Shown here piece after piece: positions 22,302-32,975 of a DNA stretch of 64,000 bases (its first letter is position 1; each line of letters opens with the position of its first letter). The notes under the pieces were generated by a model. The model had not been told where the DNA came from. It saw nothing but the letters and a program-made list of their open reading frames with translations, and did no database searches. Where the stretch lies: positions 1-64,000 of the forward strand of contig CBFFRP010000371.1 in NCBI GenBank assembly GCA_965644295.1, written 5' to 3'. A program made the position numbers and the translations under genes. The DNA is from Paraphysomonas bandaiensis. Its lineage: Eukaryota > Protista > Chrysophyceae.

Positions 22302-23849
22302 CTAAAATAAATTATCATCGAATTTCGAGTTTTCACAACTCAGAGCGGCGTAACCATTTACAGATGAGGCATCCACCGCTCCAGAGAATGCACATGACTC
22401 ATTAGATGTATCCAGCATCATGTTCCACACAGTTGAGGTATGGTTGCTCTTAGTCCATGCACTGCTCATAAATTCGTGTGTCTGGGAAGCAGACTGAGTG
22501 GAAGAGTACCGTTCAGCAGAGTCTACATCAAGAGTAGACGACGCACTTATACACGGTTTCTCTTTCGGCAGACCCATACAACCACTTTTGGATACGCTAC
22601 TCATAAATTCGTGAGTCTGAGAAGGAGACTGAGTGGAAGAGTACCGTTCAGCAGAGTCTACATCAAGAGTAGATGACGCACTTATACACGGTTTCTCTTT
22701 CGGCAGACCCATACAACCACTTTTGGATACGCTACTCATAAATTCGTGTGTCTGAGAAGGAGACTGAGTGGAAGAGTACCGTCCAGCAGAGTCTACGTCA
22801 AGAGTAGACGACGCACTTGTACACAGTTTCTCTTTTGGCAGGCCCATACAACCACTTTTGGATACGCTACTCATAAATTCGTGTGTCTGAGAAGGAGACT
22901 GTGTGGAAGAGTACCGTTCAGCAGAGTCTACATCAAGAGTAGACGACGCACTTATACACAGTTTCTGTCTTGGATGGTCCTCACAACTACCATTGGAGTT
23001 ATCATCAATGAAACCCGTATGTCCCCAACTAAAAACGTCATCAGCTGGAGCTATGTCATCCGCTTCAGGCAGTGATGTAATGTGGTGAGGAGGATCAACC
23101 GGCCAGACATTTCTTTCTTCGTCATAACGTGTGATATCTGACGTGCCATCTCCATCTACATGGGGCGATGGTGAACAGTACCTCGGGTTATCACACATGC
23201 GTTCTTGCCGAGCACTGGCATTGTTATCATCCAATTGAGATGTGTGCGTATTCGACCATATCTCATCTAACTCAGAATCATCTATAGAGTAAAAGCCTCG
23301 CTTCATGCCCACGTTTTCACTGGGGAGTGATGACTTTGCGTCAACTCGTGGTGGAGCATCAGAGTTCAATGACGGAGTAGCAGCTGGAATGACCGTTCTT
23401 GGTATTCGGAATGGTTTATTTAAAACTGGTTTCGGATGTACTTTTCTTGTCGTAGTATGACGAGGCACCGCCACTTCGGGATTCACTGCCTTTTGAGGGA
23501 CAGTCTCATTGACATTCGATTCACTTTCAACTTCTACCAAATACTTATCTGTTTCAATTCGTTCTGCCAGTCCATTTAATATTCTATCAATTTCAGAGTC
23601 TGTGCAATATTTGCTGTCTAAAGACTCAGCACTGGTTATACTATTCTCATCCTTTGAGTATAATGCACATCGTTTAAGAGATACATACACTCTTAATTCA
23701 CCATCATTCCATGATTTCTTTTTTTTTAATTTTTGATGAGTATATAAACACGAAAAACAGCGATATGCAGGGGCTGTTCGTCTATTGGATTGTATGGTGT
23801 TCGATCTCACAGTTTTGAGAGAATGAGGATTATTTCTATGGGTTTTCAT
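22302..23849 (-). CDS. DUF2439 (ZGRF1/Mte1 N-terminal-like) protein with tandem 45-aa repeats
   Basis: CLYTHQKLKKKKSWNDGEL...ETDKYLVEVE. Likely start is MKTHRN at 23849; the ORF is open to 24035 through low-complexity DNA. Confidence 0.8.
   Translation of the reverse strand: MKTHRNNPHSLKTVRSNTIQSNRRTAPAYRCFSCLYTHQKLKKKKSWNDGELRVYVSLKRCALYSKDENSITSAESLDSKYCTDSEIDRILNGLAERIETDKYLVEVESESNVNETVPQKAVNPEVAVPRHTTTRKVHPKPVLNKPFRIPRTVIPAATPSLNSDAPPRVDAKSSLPSENVGMKRGFYSIDDSELDEIWSNTHTSQLDDNNASARQERMCDNPRYCSPSPHVDGDGTSDITRYDEERNVWPVDPPHHITSLPEADDIAPADDVFSWGHTGFIDDNSNGSCEDHPRQKLCISASSTLDVDSAERYSSTQSPSQTHEFMSSVSKSGCMGLPKEKLCTSASSTLDVDSAGRYSSTQSPSQTHEFMSSVSKSGCMGLPKEKPCISASSTLDVDSAERYSSTQSPSQTHEFMSSVSKSGCMGLPKEKPCISASSTLDVDSAERYSSTQSASQTHEFMSSAWTKSNHTSTVWNMMLDTSNESCAFSGAVDASSVNGYAALSCENSKFDDNLF
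22465..22966. repeat. 135-bp coding tandem repeat, ~3.7 copies
   Basis: ctcataaattcgtg recurs every 135 bp; unit KLCISASSTLDVDSAERYSSTQSPSQTHEFMSSVSKSGCMGLPKE. Confidence 0.97.
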
Positions 23850-24319
23850 AACACCATAAGGGTAGATTAGATGAGATTTAATATTAATTGTTGTTACAGT
23901 AAAGGTTCTGATGGTTAACAATGACTGGATTATATAGATATGTATATATATATATGTACATGTTCTAACTGGCTGTATTAATTCAGATTTGAAATAGTCC
24001 AATACAGGAAATACATTGTTGGAATACTGTCGCATGGATGTATAAGGGATGGTGACATGTATGACGCCCCTATATACTGTATACGGTATACCCTATATAT
24101 ACATACAGTATGTAGTCTGTGGAGTATTGTCCACTGCTGGATGTGTCCATGATATCATGTCCATATATATGTACACCATACAGCACTATATATGTATGTA
24201 CTTTTACACTACTGTACATAGTCCGGTATATATATATGTGTGTGCTGTGTACCTCCCACATATATACGATATCACATCAACTCATCAATACACTATCAAT
24301 TAAACATCAAATATAACTC

Positions 24320-26071
24320 ATGATCTCATTCTCTCATTTACGTCATTATTGTTTCTTACAACACTTGAATAAACGGGTACATACAGTGATCCATCGAGGC
24401 TATGCCCCCTCAATATCTCCCATCACTATACAGAGTTTACCTACTGAAACTATATATATTATTGATGGTACAGCACTCCTTTATAGATCATTTTATGGGA
24501 TGGAAAGTAAAAAAAGATTTGCACATATTATAACTGGTGAACAATATGGTAGTACACCATGTGCTGCTGTTGTCGGATTTGCAATGATGATTGCAAGATT
24601 ACTACGAGATATTAAACCCAAATATGTTGCTGTTGCATTTGATAGTGGTCGTACATTTAGGAAAGATATGTATCCAGCATATAAACAACAACGTACAGAG
24701 GTTTCATGTTGATTTGTTTTGTTTTTGATGTATCCAATATATTTGCTTGTATAATACAGACCCCGCAAACACTACAATCACAATTCGCACTTGCACCTAT
24801 AGTTCTAGATGAATTGGGCATCTGTACAATAGCTAAACCTGGATATGAAGCTGATGACATCATGGCTTCGCTTGGGCACTGGGCACAGTCCAGGTTATTA
24901 TTCGATATCGAAAATTGAATAATTCAGACTAAATTATTGTTAGGAGGCTCAATGTTGTGCACGTGGCCGTTGACAAAGATATGCTACAGTTGGTAGCACC
25001 GTCAGTTTATGTTATGGATCCTCAGACAAGGTAAATCTTAGTGGATGCCTGTAACCATTATAGGTTAATAAATATTAAGGACTATTGTGGACTCAGCTGC
25101 AGTGGAAGCGAAGTATGGCGTTCCATCTGAGGTTAACGAAGAGTGTGGTTGCTGTGTATGTCTTACATGCATGTTGTGCAGGCATTGTGTGACCTCTTCG
25201 CATTAATGGGTGACTCAGCAGATAATATACCTGGAGTGCGAGGTGAGCAAACTCTTGATACACTTTCATGTTTTTTTCCTTTCTATCTTATGCCTTGGGG
25301 TATAGGAATCGGAATAAAAACTGCCGCAACTCTGATATCATCGTTTGGATCACTAGAAGCTCTATGTGACATGTGTGTACGCAAGTTTGTTTGCTTCACT
25401 GTTACTCTCCATATTGTAATTCTGTCCGCAGTATCCATTCGGTGCGTGACGAGGAATCACTTGTTCAAGCGTTTACGGATAAGCTGAAAAAGAAAGGAAA
25501 GGGAAAGTCTGTTAAGTCGGTGAGATTTTATGGAATTAATAGGTTTTATCTCACCGATATACTCAGCTTGTCTCGCTATTGAAAGATTGTAACGTTGAAG
25601 ATGTTAAACTTTTCAAATCACTAGTAACATTGAGGTCAGCGTTGCACCCAGTTTGTTACTACTCTCGTTTATTCATGTGGTTATTATAGAAAAGACGTTG
25701 ACCTCGTTGGTAGTTACAAAATTGCCAGCGCTTTTAATAGTTCTGAGCCGCATTCTTCTATGGAACTGCACCACGAAGAGGAGGACATACCCGTAGATGA
25801 TTTGGACACTTTTGGGATTGAATCACACCGTCAATCACCTAGTTTATCGACACCAAATTGCAAGGAACTTCTTAGCTCATCTCATTTCAGGTGCTCATAG
25901 CCACATTCTTTATAATCTTTGCTTATGGTTTTCATAACACACACTTACTGCTATTCATTCTTCAGATATCGCGGAGAACTTCCTACAGCGGACAGATTTG
26001 CCTCTACATTTACACATTGTGGTGCTATATCTGGAGCTTTAGATATTATTCGCGGTCGCAACATTCGGTAA
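24320..26071 (+). CDS. 5'-3' exonuclease (DNA Pol I N-terminal-like, probably organellar), multi-exon
   Basis: IIDGTALLYRSFY, VAFDSG.TFR..YP.YK, GYEADD, DKDMLQLV, LMGDSADNIPGV.GIG.KTA; basic transit-peptide-like N-terminus. Confidence 0.88.
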
Positions 26072-26522
26072 ATCCTTTTTATGTATAGTACTATTATTTT
26101 GTTATTATTTATTAGTAATTAAATCGGTTTGTGTGTGTAATAGAATTTTAGTAATTCAAACGAGTTGGATATTGCTCTCGAGTACGTAGACATAAAGTTA
26201 ACATATAACGTAGTAACGTAGTACATCATCGGAGTTTCGCAAAATAATTTAAGAAAAAATGAAATCCGTAGCCATTTGATTATTGTTGGATGACGACGGT
26301 AGAGACGGAAACACGGAAACCATTGGTAAAGAACATTCGAAAGCTTGTATATTGTATATTATGCGTGTTAGTCATTCTACCGTCTACCGTACATTCGCAC
26401 TTTATTTAGACAAGATAGTATATGAAGGAAGCACATTATTCAGATATATAAACTATCATCGATTTTTAAATTAAACTAGCCACAATCACACAGCATATAA
26501 TACAATACTCTAATGGTTTTAG

Positions 26523-26829
26523 TATTAATTTACGCTTTTAGTTAGTGCAATATTGACTGATTGATATTATAGGAGATATAGTAAGTTTATGATGTTGTAG
26601 CCCTGTGAGTTAGGAACCACGTCATTTACCAACATCAACATTCTGTTCTACAAATCATATCTTTAACAGCTACTATATTTTCAGTTTCTTTGTATACTTG
26701 TAATAGCTACTCCTATACTGTAGTCATGTATATTCTGTATTTCATTGCTACATAGAATACAGGATAACTACTAGCGATTGACTTTACCAAACTTCAAGTA
26801 CGCACGTAGGAGTTGGTTGTAGTTCAATA
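26523..26829 (-). repeat. 3' LTR (TATT...AATA termini)
   Basis: Matches 31395-31701; preceded on the minus strand by the PPT. Confidence 0.96.
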
Positions 26830-26840
26830 CTCCCACTCAA
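26830..26840 (-). promoter_or_regulatory. Polypurine tract TTGAGTGGGAG
   Basis: Directly abuts the 3' LTR; typical copia PPT. Confidence 0.85.
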
Positions 26841-26877
26841 TGAACATATCAGAATATACTGTGATGAGCAAGTCTAC

Positions 26878-29800
26878 TTAGTGCGATACCATAGTGTGCA
26901 CATGCTGATAGTGCAGCTTCTCGGACAAGGCTTTAGTCATCACGTCTGCTGTCATCTCTGCCGTTGGCACATGATTCAGCCTGACGATACAGCCTCCCAC
27001 TTGCTCTCGAATCCAATGATACTTGATCCGAATATGCTTGGAACGTTTATGATTTACCGGGTTCTGAGCTAGATCAATCGCACTCTTGCTGTCCATATTC
27101 AAGATTGTTGGAGACGCATTCTTACTGAGCTCAAATCCACGAATTCCGAGCTCTGTCATCACCCCTCGTATCCATACAATCTCCTGAATTGCAGCATATG
27201 CAGCCATATATTCAGCTTCCATAGTCGACGTAGCCACTGTTGGCTGCAGTCTGGACTGCCATGCAATTGGAGCACCCCACAGATATACGATATACCCTGT
27301 AGTGGATCTGCATGTATCCAGATCTCCGGCCCAATCTGCATCAGAGTACACACATAGAGGGTCTTCATCTGTGAAATTAGGAAATATGATACCTTGATCA
27401 ACTGTATTTTCTAAATACAATAAAGTATGCAGAGCAGCTTGACATGCAGCGTACGTGGGTCTTGTGGTGAACCGGGAGAGAAGATTTACTGTATATGCCA
27501 TGTCTGGTCTAGTATGCACTGCCAAATACATTAAGGCACCAATAACAGATTGATAGGGAAATGCATCAACGTATTCTCTCTGTTTTCGAGTTTCTTCCTC
27601 TTTTGCATCCTTGGACAACTTTAGGCCAGGTGGTAGAGGTGTGGTTGCCTTGCACCGTCTCTTCTTTTCTGACAACAAGTGATTGAATCTGGCCACAACA
27701 TCTTTAGCATATGCAGACTGATGTAACTTAATCTGGCCATTATGACGCTCAATGGTAAGACCTAAATAATGCTTAAGGTCCCCCATATCTTGCATGGCAT
27801 ATTGAGTCTTAAAGGCGCTGATGACTTCTTCAATATGACGGCTGTCAGAGCTGAGCACAATGATATCATCTACATACACAAGTATCATATGTAGGTTATC
27901 ATCAGTACCCTTGAGTACAAATAAACATGGGTCAAGAACACATTGTTTATACCCCATCGCCTTTATACTGTCCTTCAGCATTGAATGCCAATTTCGAGGC
28001 GCTTGTTTTAGGCCATACAAACTCTTCAGAATCTTCAAACAACAGCCTTGTGGAATATCTATTCCTGCAGGTGGAGACATAAACACGTCTTCGTCCAGAT
28101 CTGCATACGGAAATGCCGTTTCTACATCGAGTTGACGGAGTTGCAGATTGTATCGCAGAGCCAGTGCCAGTGCTAGCCTAAATGATACACCTTTAGCTAC
28201 TGGGGAGAATGTCTCATTATAGTCGACTCCTTGTTCTTGAGTAAACCCTTTCGCCACAAGTCGAACTTTGAACTTCTTAATTTTTCCAAGATGGTCGCGC
28301 TTTACTTTAAAGACCAATTTAGATTTTATGATTTTTCGGTGTTTCGGCCTTCGGACAATCTTCCAGCATGTCCTTCGTTCAAGCTTGTGCACCTCCTTCC
28401 TGGTAGCTTCAATCCAGTATGTTCTCTGTGGAGTCTTCTTTGCTTCTGCCAGCGTCTGTGGCTCTTTAATTGTGCTGTTGGAGGAATCAAGAAACAATGA
28501 GACATCGCCGAGGACACCAACGTTAACAATGTGCCGTTTTTTTCGAGGTCGTTTTTCAGTTCTGGGATTTCGATCTGCCCCACCTGTTGAAGATGCGCCC
28601 CGATTTGAGCGGTCAGGAGTCCTCTGTTCATTGTCACTGTCATTACAAGTCTGATCCAACTCATTTCGCAAACTATTAAACTTGTCGGTCTGACACTTTG
28701 TAGAGTGAGTCATCTTTACTACATCTTTGATATGAATTGGAGTTTGCTCCTCGGTAGTATTTCCTTTCATATCTAATCTCCTATATGCAACAATGACTCC
28801 TCTTCTCTCTATCACTCTGGTGGTAACATAACACAGGTGTCCATCAAGATGTCTGAGGCCCACCAGGTACTGATAGTCATTTACACTCTCTGCTGTTTCT
28901 GAGGTGTCGATTTGTAGATTATCTATTTCGTCGAAATACTCCTGTGAACGCTCTGGAATTGACTCATCAAACTGTGCATTGACTGCAACAATAATAGCAT
29001 TCAGGTCTGGAATATATATTTGGTGTCCAACAGGTTGTTGACATTGTCCCATATAGTATCCAGGTTTTCCCTTTTCTTTCCACTCTTTGCGGCGCTGCTC
29101 CTTCGGCACAATAGCCCATGCCTTGCAGCCCCAGATCTTCAAGTCACTCACATCTGGTGCGGTTCCAGTAATATACTCAAAAGGTGAGATGTATCCTTTC
29201 GTTGTCTTCGTAGGTAACCTGTTGATCAGATATACAGCATGCAAGACTGCTTTGAACCAAAATACTGATGGCATGCCACTATCGAGCAATATAGCAAGGG
29301 CCATCTCCTTCACTGTACGATTAGTGCGTTCCGATAGCGAATTCATTTCGGGTGTGTCACGTGGAGTCCAAGTAACCTGTACAGTCCTTGTGCTGGTGGT
29401 TTCACGTAAGTACTGCCTGACATGTTGCCCTACTAGTTCTCCTGCGCCATCTGCATGATATCGTCGTAGTTGCAATCCTTCTTTGACAAGTTGGGTCTCT
29501 ACCATGTCCTTCATACACTTTAACACTTCACTCCCAGTCTTGTTTTTCAACCCATAAGCCCATACATGTTTTGCATCACTGTGCTTGAATAGTAACACAT
29601 GTTTGTAGCCTTCCATCGATGGCGTGTTTAGGACTTCCATCGTATCTGCACTGAGCACCCCTCTCTCCTTTGGGTTGTTGTCTAAGTTCATCAACTGGCG
29701 TGGAGTCCTGAAGTTCTTTCTCGTGAGTTTCGATCGCATGCAGGTATTACATTTGCATATCGTTTTTTTGTGTTTTTTTCTGAAATATTTCTTGTCCAGA

Positions 29801-31395
29801 TTTATTCCATCAACTAGGCCTCGGCGGTCGGACTCAGTCAGTTTATCATAGTTGACATGGCCAAGTCTTTTGTGCCATAGAATTCGCTGGTCATCAAACC
29901 CCTGCTCCTCAAGTGCTGCTGAGGATTCTTCTCCAAGCTGAAGTAAGTCTTCGAGTCGAACTGGATATAATCCATTAACACTTCTCTGTCTAATGAGTGT
30001 CTTGTTCGTAGTCTTATTTCGAATGACGACTTCATCATTATCGAACGTCACAACACAACCCCTATCTGTGATGCTCTTCATATCTACGAGGTTCTTACTT
30101 GCTTCAGGTGCGTAGTACACCTTTTTAAAGCTTCCTACATCGCCAACACTGTGTATTGACAGTTTACCTTTGTTCGCTGTGGACATCTGCCTATCAGCGC
30201 GCTGAAGGTTGGTCATGTGGTTTTTGGAGGTAAGGATCATCTTGTTGCACCCGCTGTCTAAATAAATAACATCTGACATGCTCTGTGCTAGATTCACCTC
30301 TTCTTCCACACATATCATCGATTCGTATCCCGCTTCATCTTCTGAATCATGTACAGACACTCGCGGTTTCTTCTTGTTCTTGTAGGGTGCCGTTTCCCTT
30401 CTAGAGTCTCGCCCCCGTTTAGAACTGACCACTGCAGCTTTAGCAGTCTTCAAGTGGAAGCAGTCTTTAGTCTGATGGCCTGGGATGTCACATATCTCAC
30501 ACACAGGTAGCTTTGTTTTGTTATCACCCCTGTTTCTGTGATCTCTATCTTTTCTCTGTGATCTTGTCCCCTTCATCCTCTTTATGACATGCTCTGGAGT
30601 CTTGCACTCCCTAGCAAAGTGGCCAAGTTTCTTGCACTTATTGCATCTGCCCTTTCTCTTGTGCTCTTTCCATTTACTGTCATCCACTGCTTGATTGACA
30701 CTGTCTTCCCCTGAATTTTGCAACGCATGCTTGCCGAATGATGTGTTTTCATACCCTTTGATTAGGCTGCTTGCTCTTGCGTATGTCACATCGTTTGCTG
30801 TATACAGGCTGTGTGCTAGTTGGGAATATCTCTTGTCTGTGAGACCTTCCTTTAGTCGAGTGAGCTTGTCGTCTTCCGTGACTTCACGACCTAGATTCTC
30901 GAGAATCTTGGCCTGGGCTTCAACGCTGTCGACGAACTCTGCTCCTGACTGACTTGAGGTAATCTTCATTGAATTGAACTTTGTGACCTCTGCCTGTACT
31001 GTATTCTTTTCAACATTGAGAAATCTCTCTTCCAGTGCCTGTAGTAACCCTTTTGCTGTACTTCCTTCGTAGAGAGCCGCTGTTGTGCCTGCTTTTGGGT
31101 GAGCATTGCACACTTCCATCAGGAAGGAGTACGCGGTCTCGTTCCGGGTGTTCCAGAGTTTCTTCGCTTTGCGTAGTCGCTTCTTCTGTGCATCAGTCAT
31201 ATGAGCTCCCGCTGGGACTGTAGAGTCTAGATCATGAATGTGCCTTGGTTTATCCTTTGAGAGGACAAGATGAGCTCGATTGTGTCTCATGAGGAATGAG
31301 GTGAAGAACTTCTTGAATTTCTTGAAGTTCAGTTCCTCGAAGGGAGGTACCTTTGAGCCTGAGGCGACATTCGTGAAATTTCCATCCGCTGCCAT
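26878..31395 (-). CDS. Copia Gag-Pol polyprotein, 1505 aa
   Basis: Two CCHC knuckles; protease LDSG; HKRLGH..CNTC; integrase ADT / ADGAGE / SERTN; RT KVRLVAKG, YGLKQAP, YVDD; RNase H DADWAGD, HIRIKYH, ADVMTK. Confidence 0.98.
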   Translation of the reverse strand: MAADGNFTNVASGSKVPPFEELNFKKFKKFFTSFLMRHNRAHLVLSKDKPRHIHDLDSTVPAGAHMTDAQKKRLRKAKKLWNTRNETAYSFLMEVCNAHPKAGTTAALYEGSTAKGLLQALEERFLNVEKNTVQAEVTKFNSMKITSSQSGAEFVDSVEAQAKILENLGREVTEDDKLTRLKEGLTDKRYSQLAHSLYTANDVTYARASSLIKGYENTSFGKHALQNSGEDSVNQAVDDSKWKEHKRKGRCNKCKKLGHFARECKTPEHVIKRMKGTRSQRKDRDHRNRGDNKTKLPVCEICDIPGHQTKDCFHLKTAKAAVVSSKRGRDSRRETAPYKNKKKPRVSVHDSEDEAGYESMICVEEEVNLAQSMSDVIYLDSGCNKMILTSKNHMTNLQRADRQMSTANKGKLSIHSVGDVGSFKKVYYAPEASKNLVDMKSITDRGCVVTFDNDEVVIRNKTTNKTLIRQRSVNGLYPVRLEDLLQLGEESSAALEEQGFDDQRILWHKRLGHVNYDKLTESDRRGLVDGINLDKKYFRKKHKKTICKCNTCMRSKLTRKNFRTPRQLMNLDNNPKERGVLSADTMEVLNTPSMEGYKHVLLFKHSDAKHVWAYGLKNKTGSEVLKCMKDMVETQLVKEGLQLRRYHADGAGELVGQHVRQYLRETTSTRTVQVTWTPRDTPEMNSLSERTNRTVKEMALAILLDSGMPSVFWFKAVLHAVYLINRLPTKTTKGYISPFEYITGTAPDVSDLKIWGCKAWAIVPKEQRRKEWKEKGKPGYYMGQCQQPVGHQIYIPDLNAIIVAVNAQFDESIPERSQEYFDEIDNLQIDTSETAESVNDYQYLVGLRHLDGHLCYVTTRVIERRGVIVAYRRLDMKGNTTEEQTPIHIKDVVKMTHSTKCQTDKFNSLRNELDQTCNDSDNEQRTPDRSNRGASSTGGADRNPRTEKRPRKKRHIVNVGVLGDVSLFLDSSNSTIKEPQTLAEAKKTPQRTYWIEATRKEVHKLERRTCWKIVRRPKHRKIIKSKLVFKVKRDHLGKIKKFKVRLVAKGFTQEQGVDYNETFSPVAKGVSFRLALALALRYNLQLRQLDVETAFPYADLDEDVFMSPPAGIDIPQGCCLKILKSLYGLKQAPRNWHSMLKDSIKAMGYKQCVLDPCLFVLKGTDDNLHMILVYVDDIIVLSSDSRHIEEVISAFKTQYAMQDMGDLKHYLGLTIERHNGQIKLHQSAYAKDVVARFNHLLSEKKRRCKATTPLPPGLKLSKDAKEEETRKQREYVDAFPYQSVIGALMYLAVHTRPDMAYTVNLLSRFTTRPTYAACQAALHTLLYLENTVDQGIIFPNFTDEDPLCVYSDADWAGDLDTCRSTTGYIVYLWGAPIAWQSRLQPTVATSTMEAEYMAAYAAIQEIVWIRGVMTELGIRGFELSKNASPTILNMDSKSAIDLAQNPVNHKRSKHIRIKYHWIREQVGGCIVRLNHVPTAEMTADVMTKALSEKLHYQHVHTMVSH
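31382..31394 (-). promoter_or_regulatory. Putative primer-binding site TGGCAGCGGATGG, inside the coding sequence
   Basis: Starts with TGG immediately after the 5' LTR with no spacer; primer tRNA not resolved. Confidence 0.6.
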
Positions 31396-31701
31396 ATTAA
31401 TTTACGCTTTTAGTTAGTGCAATATTGACTGATTGATATTATAGGAGATATAGTAAGTTTATGATGTTGTAGCCCTGTGAGTTAGGAACCACGTCATTTA
31501 CCAACATCAACATTCTGTTCTACAAATCATATCTTTAACAGCTACTATATTTTCAGTTTCTTTGTATACTTGTAATAGCTACTCCTATACTGTAGTCATG
31601 TATATTCTGTATTTCATTGCTACATAGAATACAGGATAACTACTAGCGATTGACTTTACCAAACTTCAAGTACGCACGTAGGAGTTGGTTGTAGTTCAAT
31701 A
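31395..31701 (-). repeat. 5' LTR (TATT...AATA termini)
   Basis: Matches 26523-26829; its last base is the A of the gag ATG. Confidence 0.96.
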
Positions 31702-31837
31702 TTTAGCGATTTCTTAAATATTATTACAGATACACAATAACTAATAAAAATTGAAAGTATGTTCAAATCGATATGAAACGAAAGAAACAATAACTATATC
31801 ACATAATATAATACTTACACAACGCATATCACCTTCA

Positions 31838-32837
31838 TTATAACAACTTGAATTCGCCCGTAATACTATCCATGACTTGGGAAGGGGCAGGTCCTATTGC
31901 GAGAACTGTATATGAACCTGGGGCTACTTGTGTATGACCTGCATCTTGTACCATACACACCACTATTCCAGCATCCATTGCCTACGGAGAAGATATTAGT
32001 ACGTTTATTGAATATATTTAGCAGCGCCTTCCATGACACCTTTCGTTCAAGCTCATGTAGAGCTTTATCGTTTGGCACTTTTACAGCGATTTTCGCTTGA
32101 CCAAGTTTGTACCACCACCTTACAGCCGATTTGGCATACCGAGCAGCCAGTCTATATGCACCCAGCGTAGCATGTCCGCATTGGGCAGCTATTTTTCCTT
32201 TACTCATTTGGAGACTAGTGTTAACACACAACATCTACCACATTTTCAATACCATATATTATAAACTTAAACTCATCCTCACCATTTTAAAATTCCCATC
32301 AAGCTTTGAATAGTTATCCTTAATTATATATGAAGGAGTAAGTCGTAATCCATCCTCATCATCACTGCTGTCAGAGCACGAACTCGATCTCGACGTGGGA
32401 ACAGTGTCCTCACTTGACCTAGGTTCAGCTGTACTCGCACATAAGTCATTGCGTGGCCGTTTCGATTGAATTTCATTACTGTTCTGTTTTCGCTTACATG
32501 AATTAGAATTTCTTTCATTATCTAATTTCAATATAGCATATTCTACATCTAATAGTAAAGTCTCCCATACTACTATACGAGCTCTCATATGATCACATGG
32601 ACCAGAATAAGTTTCATATTCTTCTTTTGCTATATGTAACTGTTTAATAATCTTCTTCTTTCTTTTTATTAATAGTGATATATTCTCAGTAGTGTCAAGT
32701 GGTGTTCTGTATGACTGTATGGAGAGATCTGTGAGTGTATCACATATATCTGTATGTTCATCACGATGCTTATATATATATCTTCCAGTTTCATATCCAT
32801 ATTGTTGTTGTAATGATAATAATGTAGAATTTGACAT
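31838..32837 (-). CDS. PTH2: Peptidyl-tRNA hydrolase 2 (PTH2/Bit1 family) with N-terminal extension, 3 exons
   Basis: FKM|.[57 protein letters not shown]. Confidence 0.9.
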
Positions 32838-32975
32838 TTATATGATAGAGTTGGTTGTTATTGATATATATTTAAGTGATGATCTATATATATGTATGTA
32901 TATACAGTCCTATATGCAGTATGCAGCCATAGCTATGAACATCATGTATGTACAGTATATGTACAGCAGTAGATG

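Larger units (their letters stand above)
26523..31701 (-). mobile_element. Intact Ty1/copia LTR retrotransposon, 5179 bp, TSD TTTAG (26518-26522 / 31702-31706)
   Basis: Two 307-bp LTRs with no difference found by eye, 5-bp TSD, PBS, PPT, single gag-pol ORF in PR-INT-RT-RH order. Confidence 0.98.

Noticed and set aside
22465-22966. Regular repeats as a CRISPR array
   Set aside because: These are contiguous 135-bp in-frame coding units without unique spacers, in a eukaryotic context with no cas genes.
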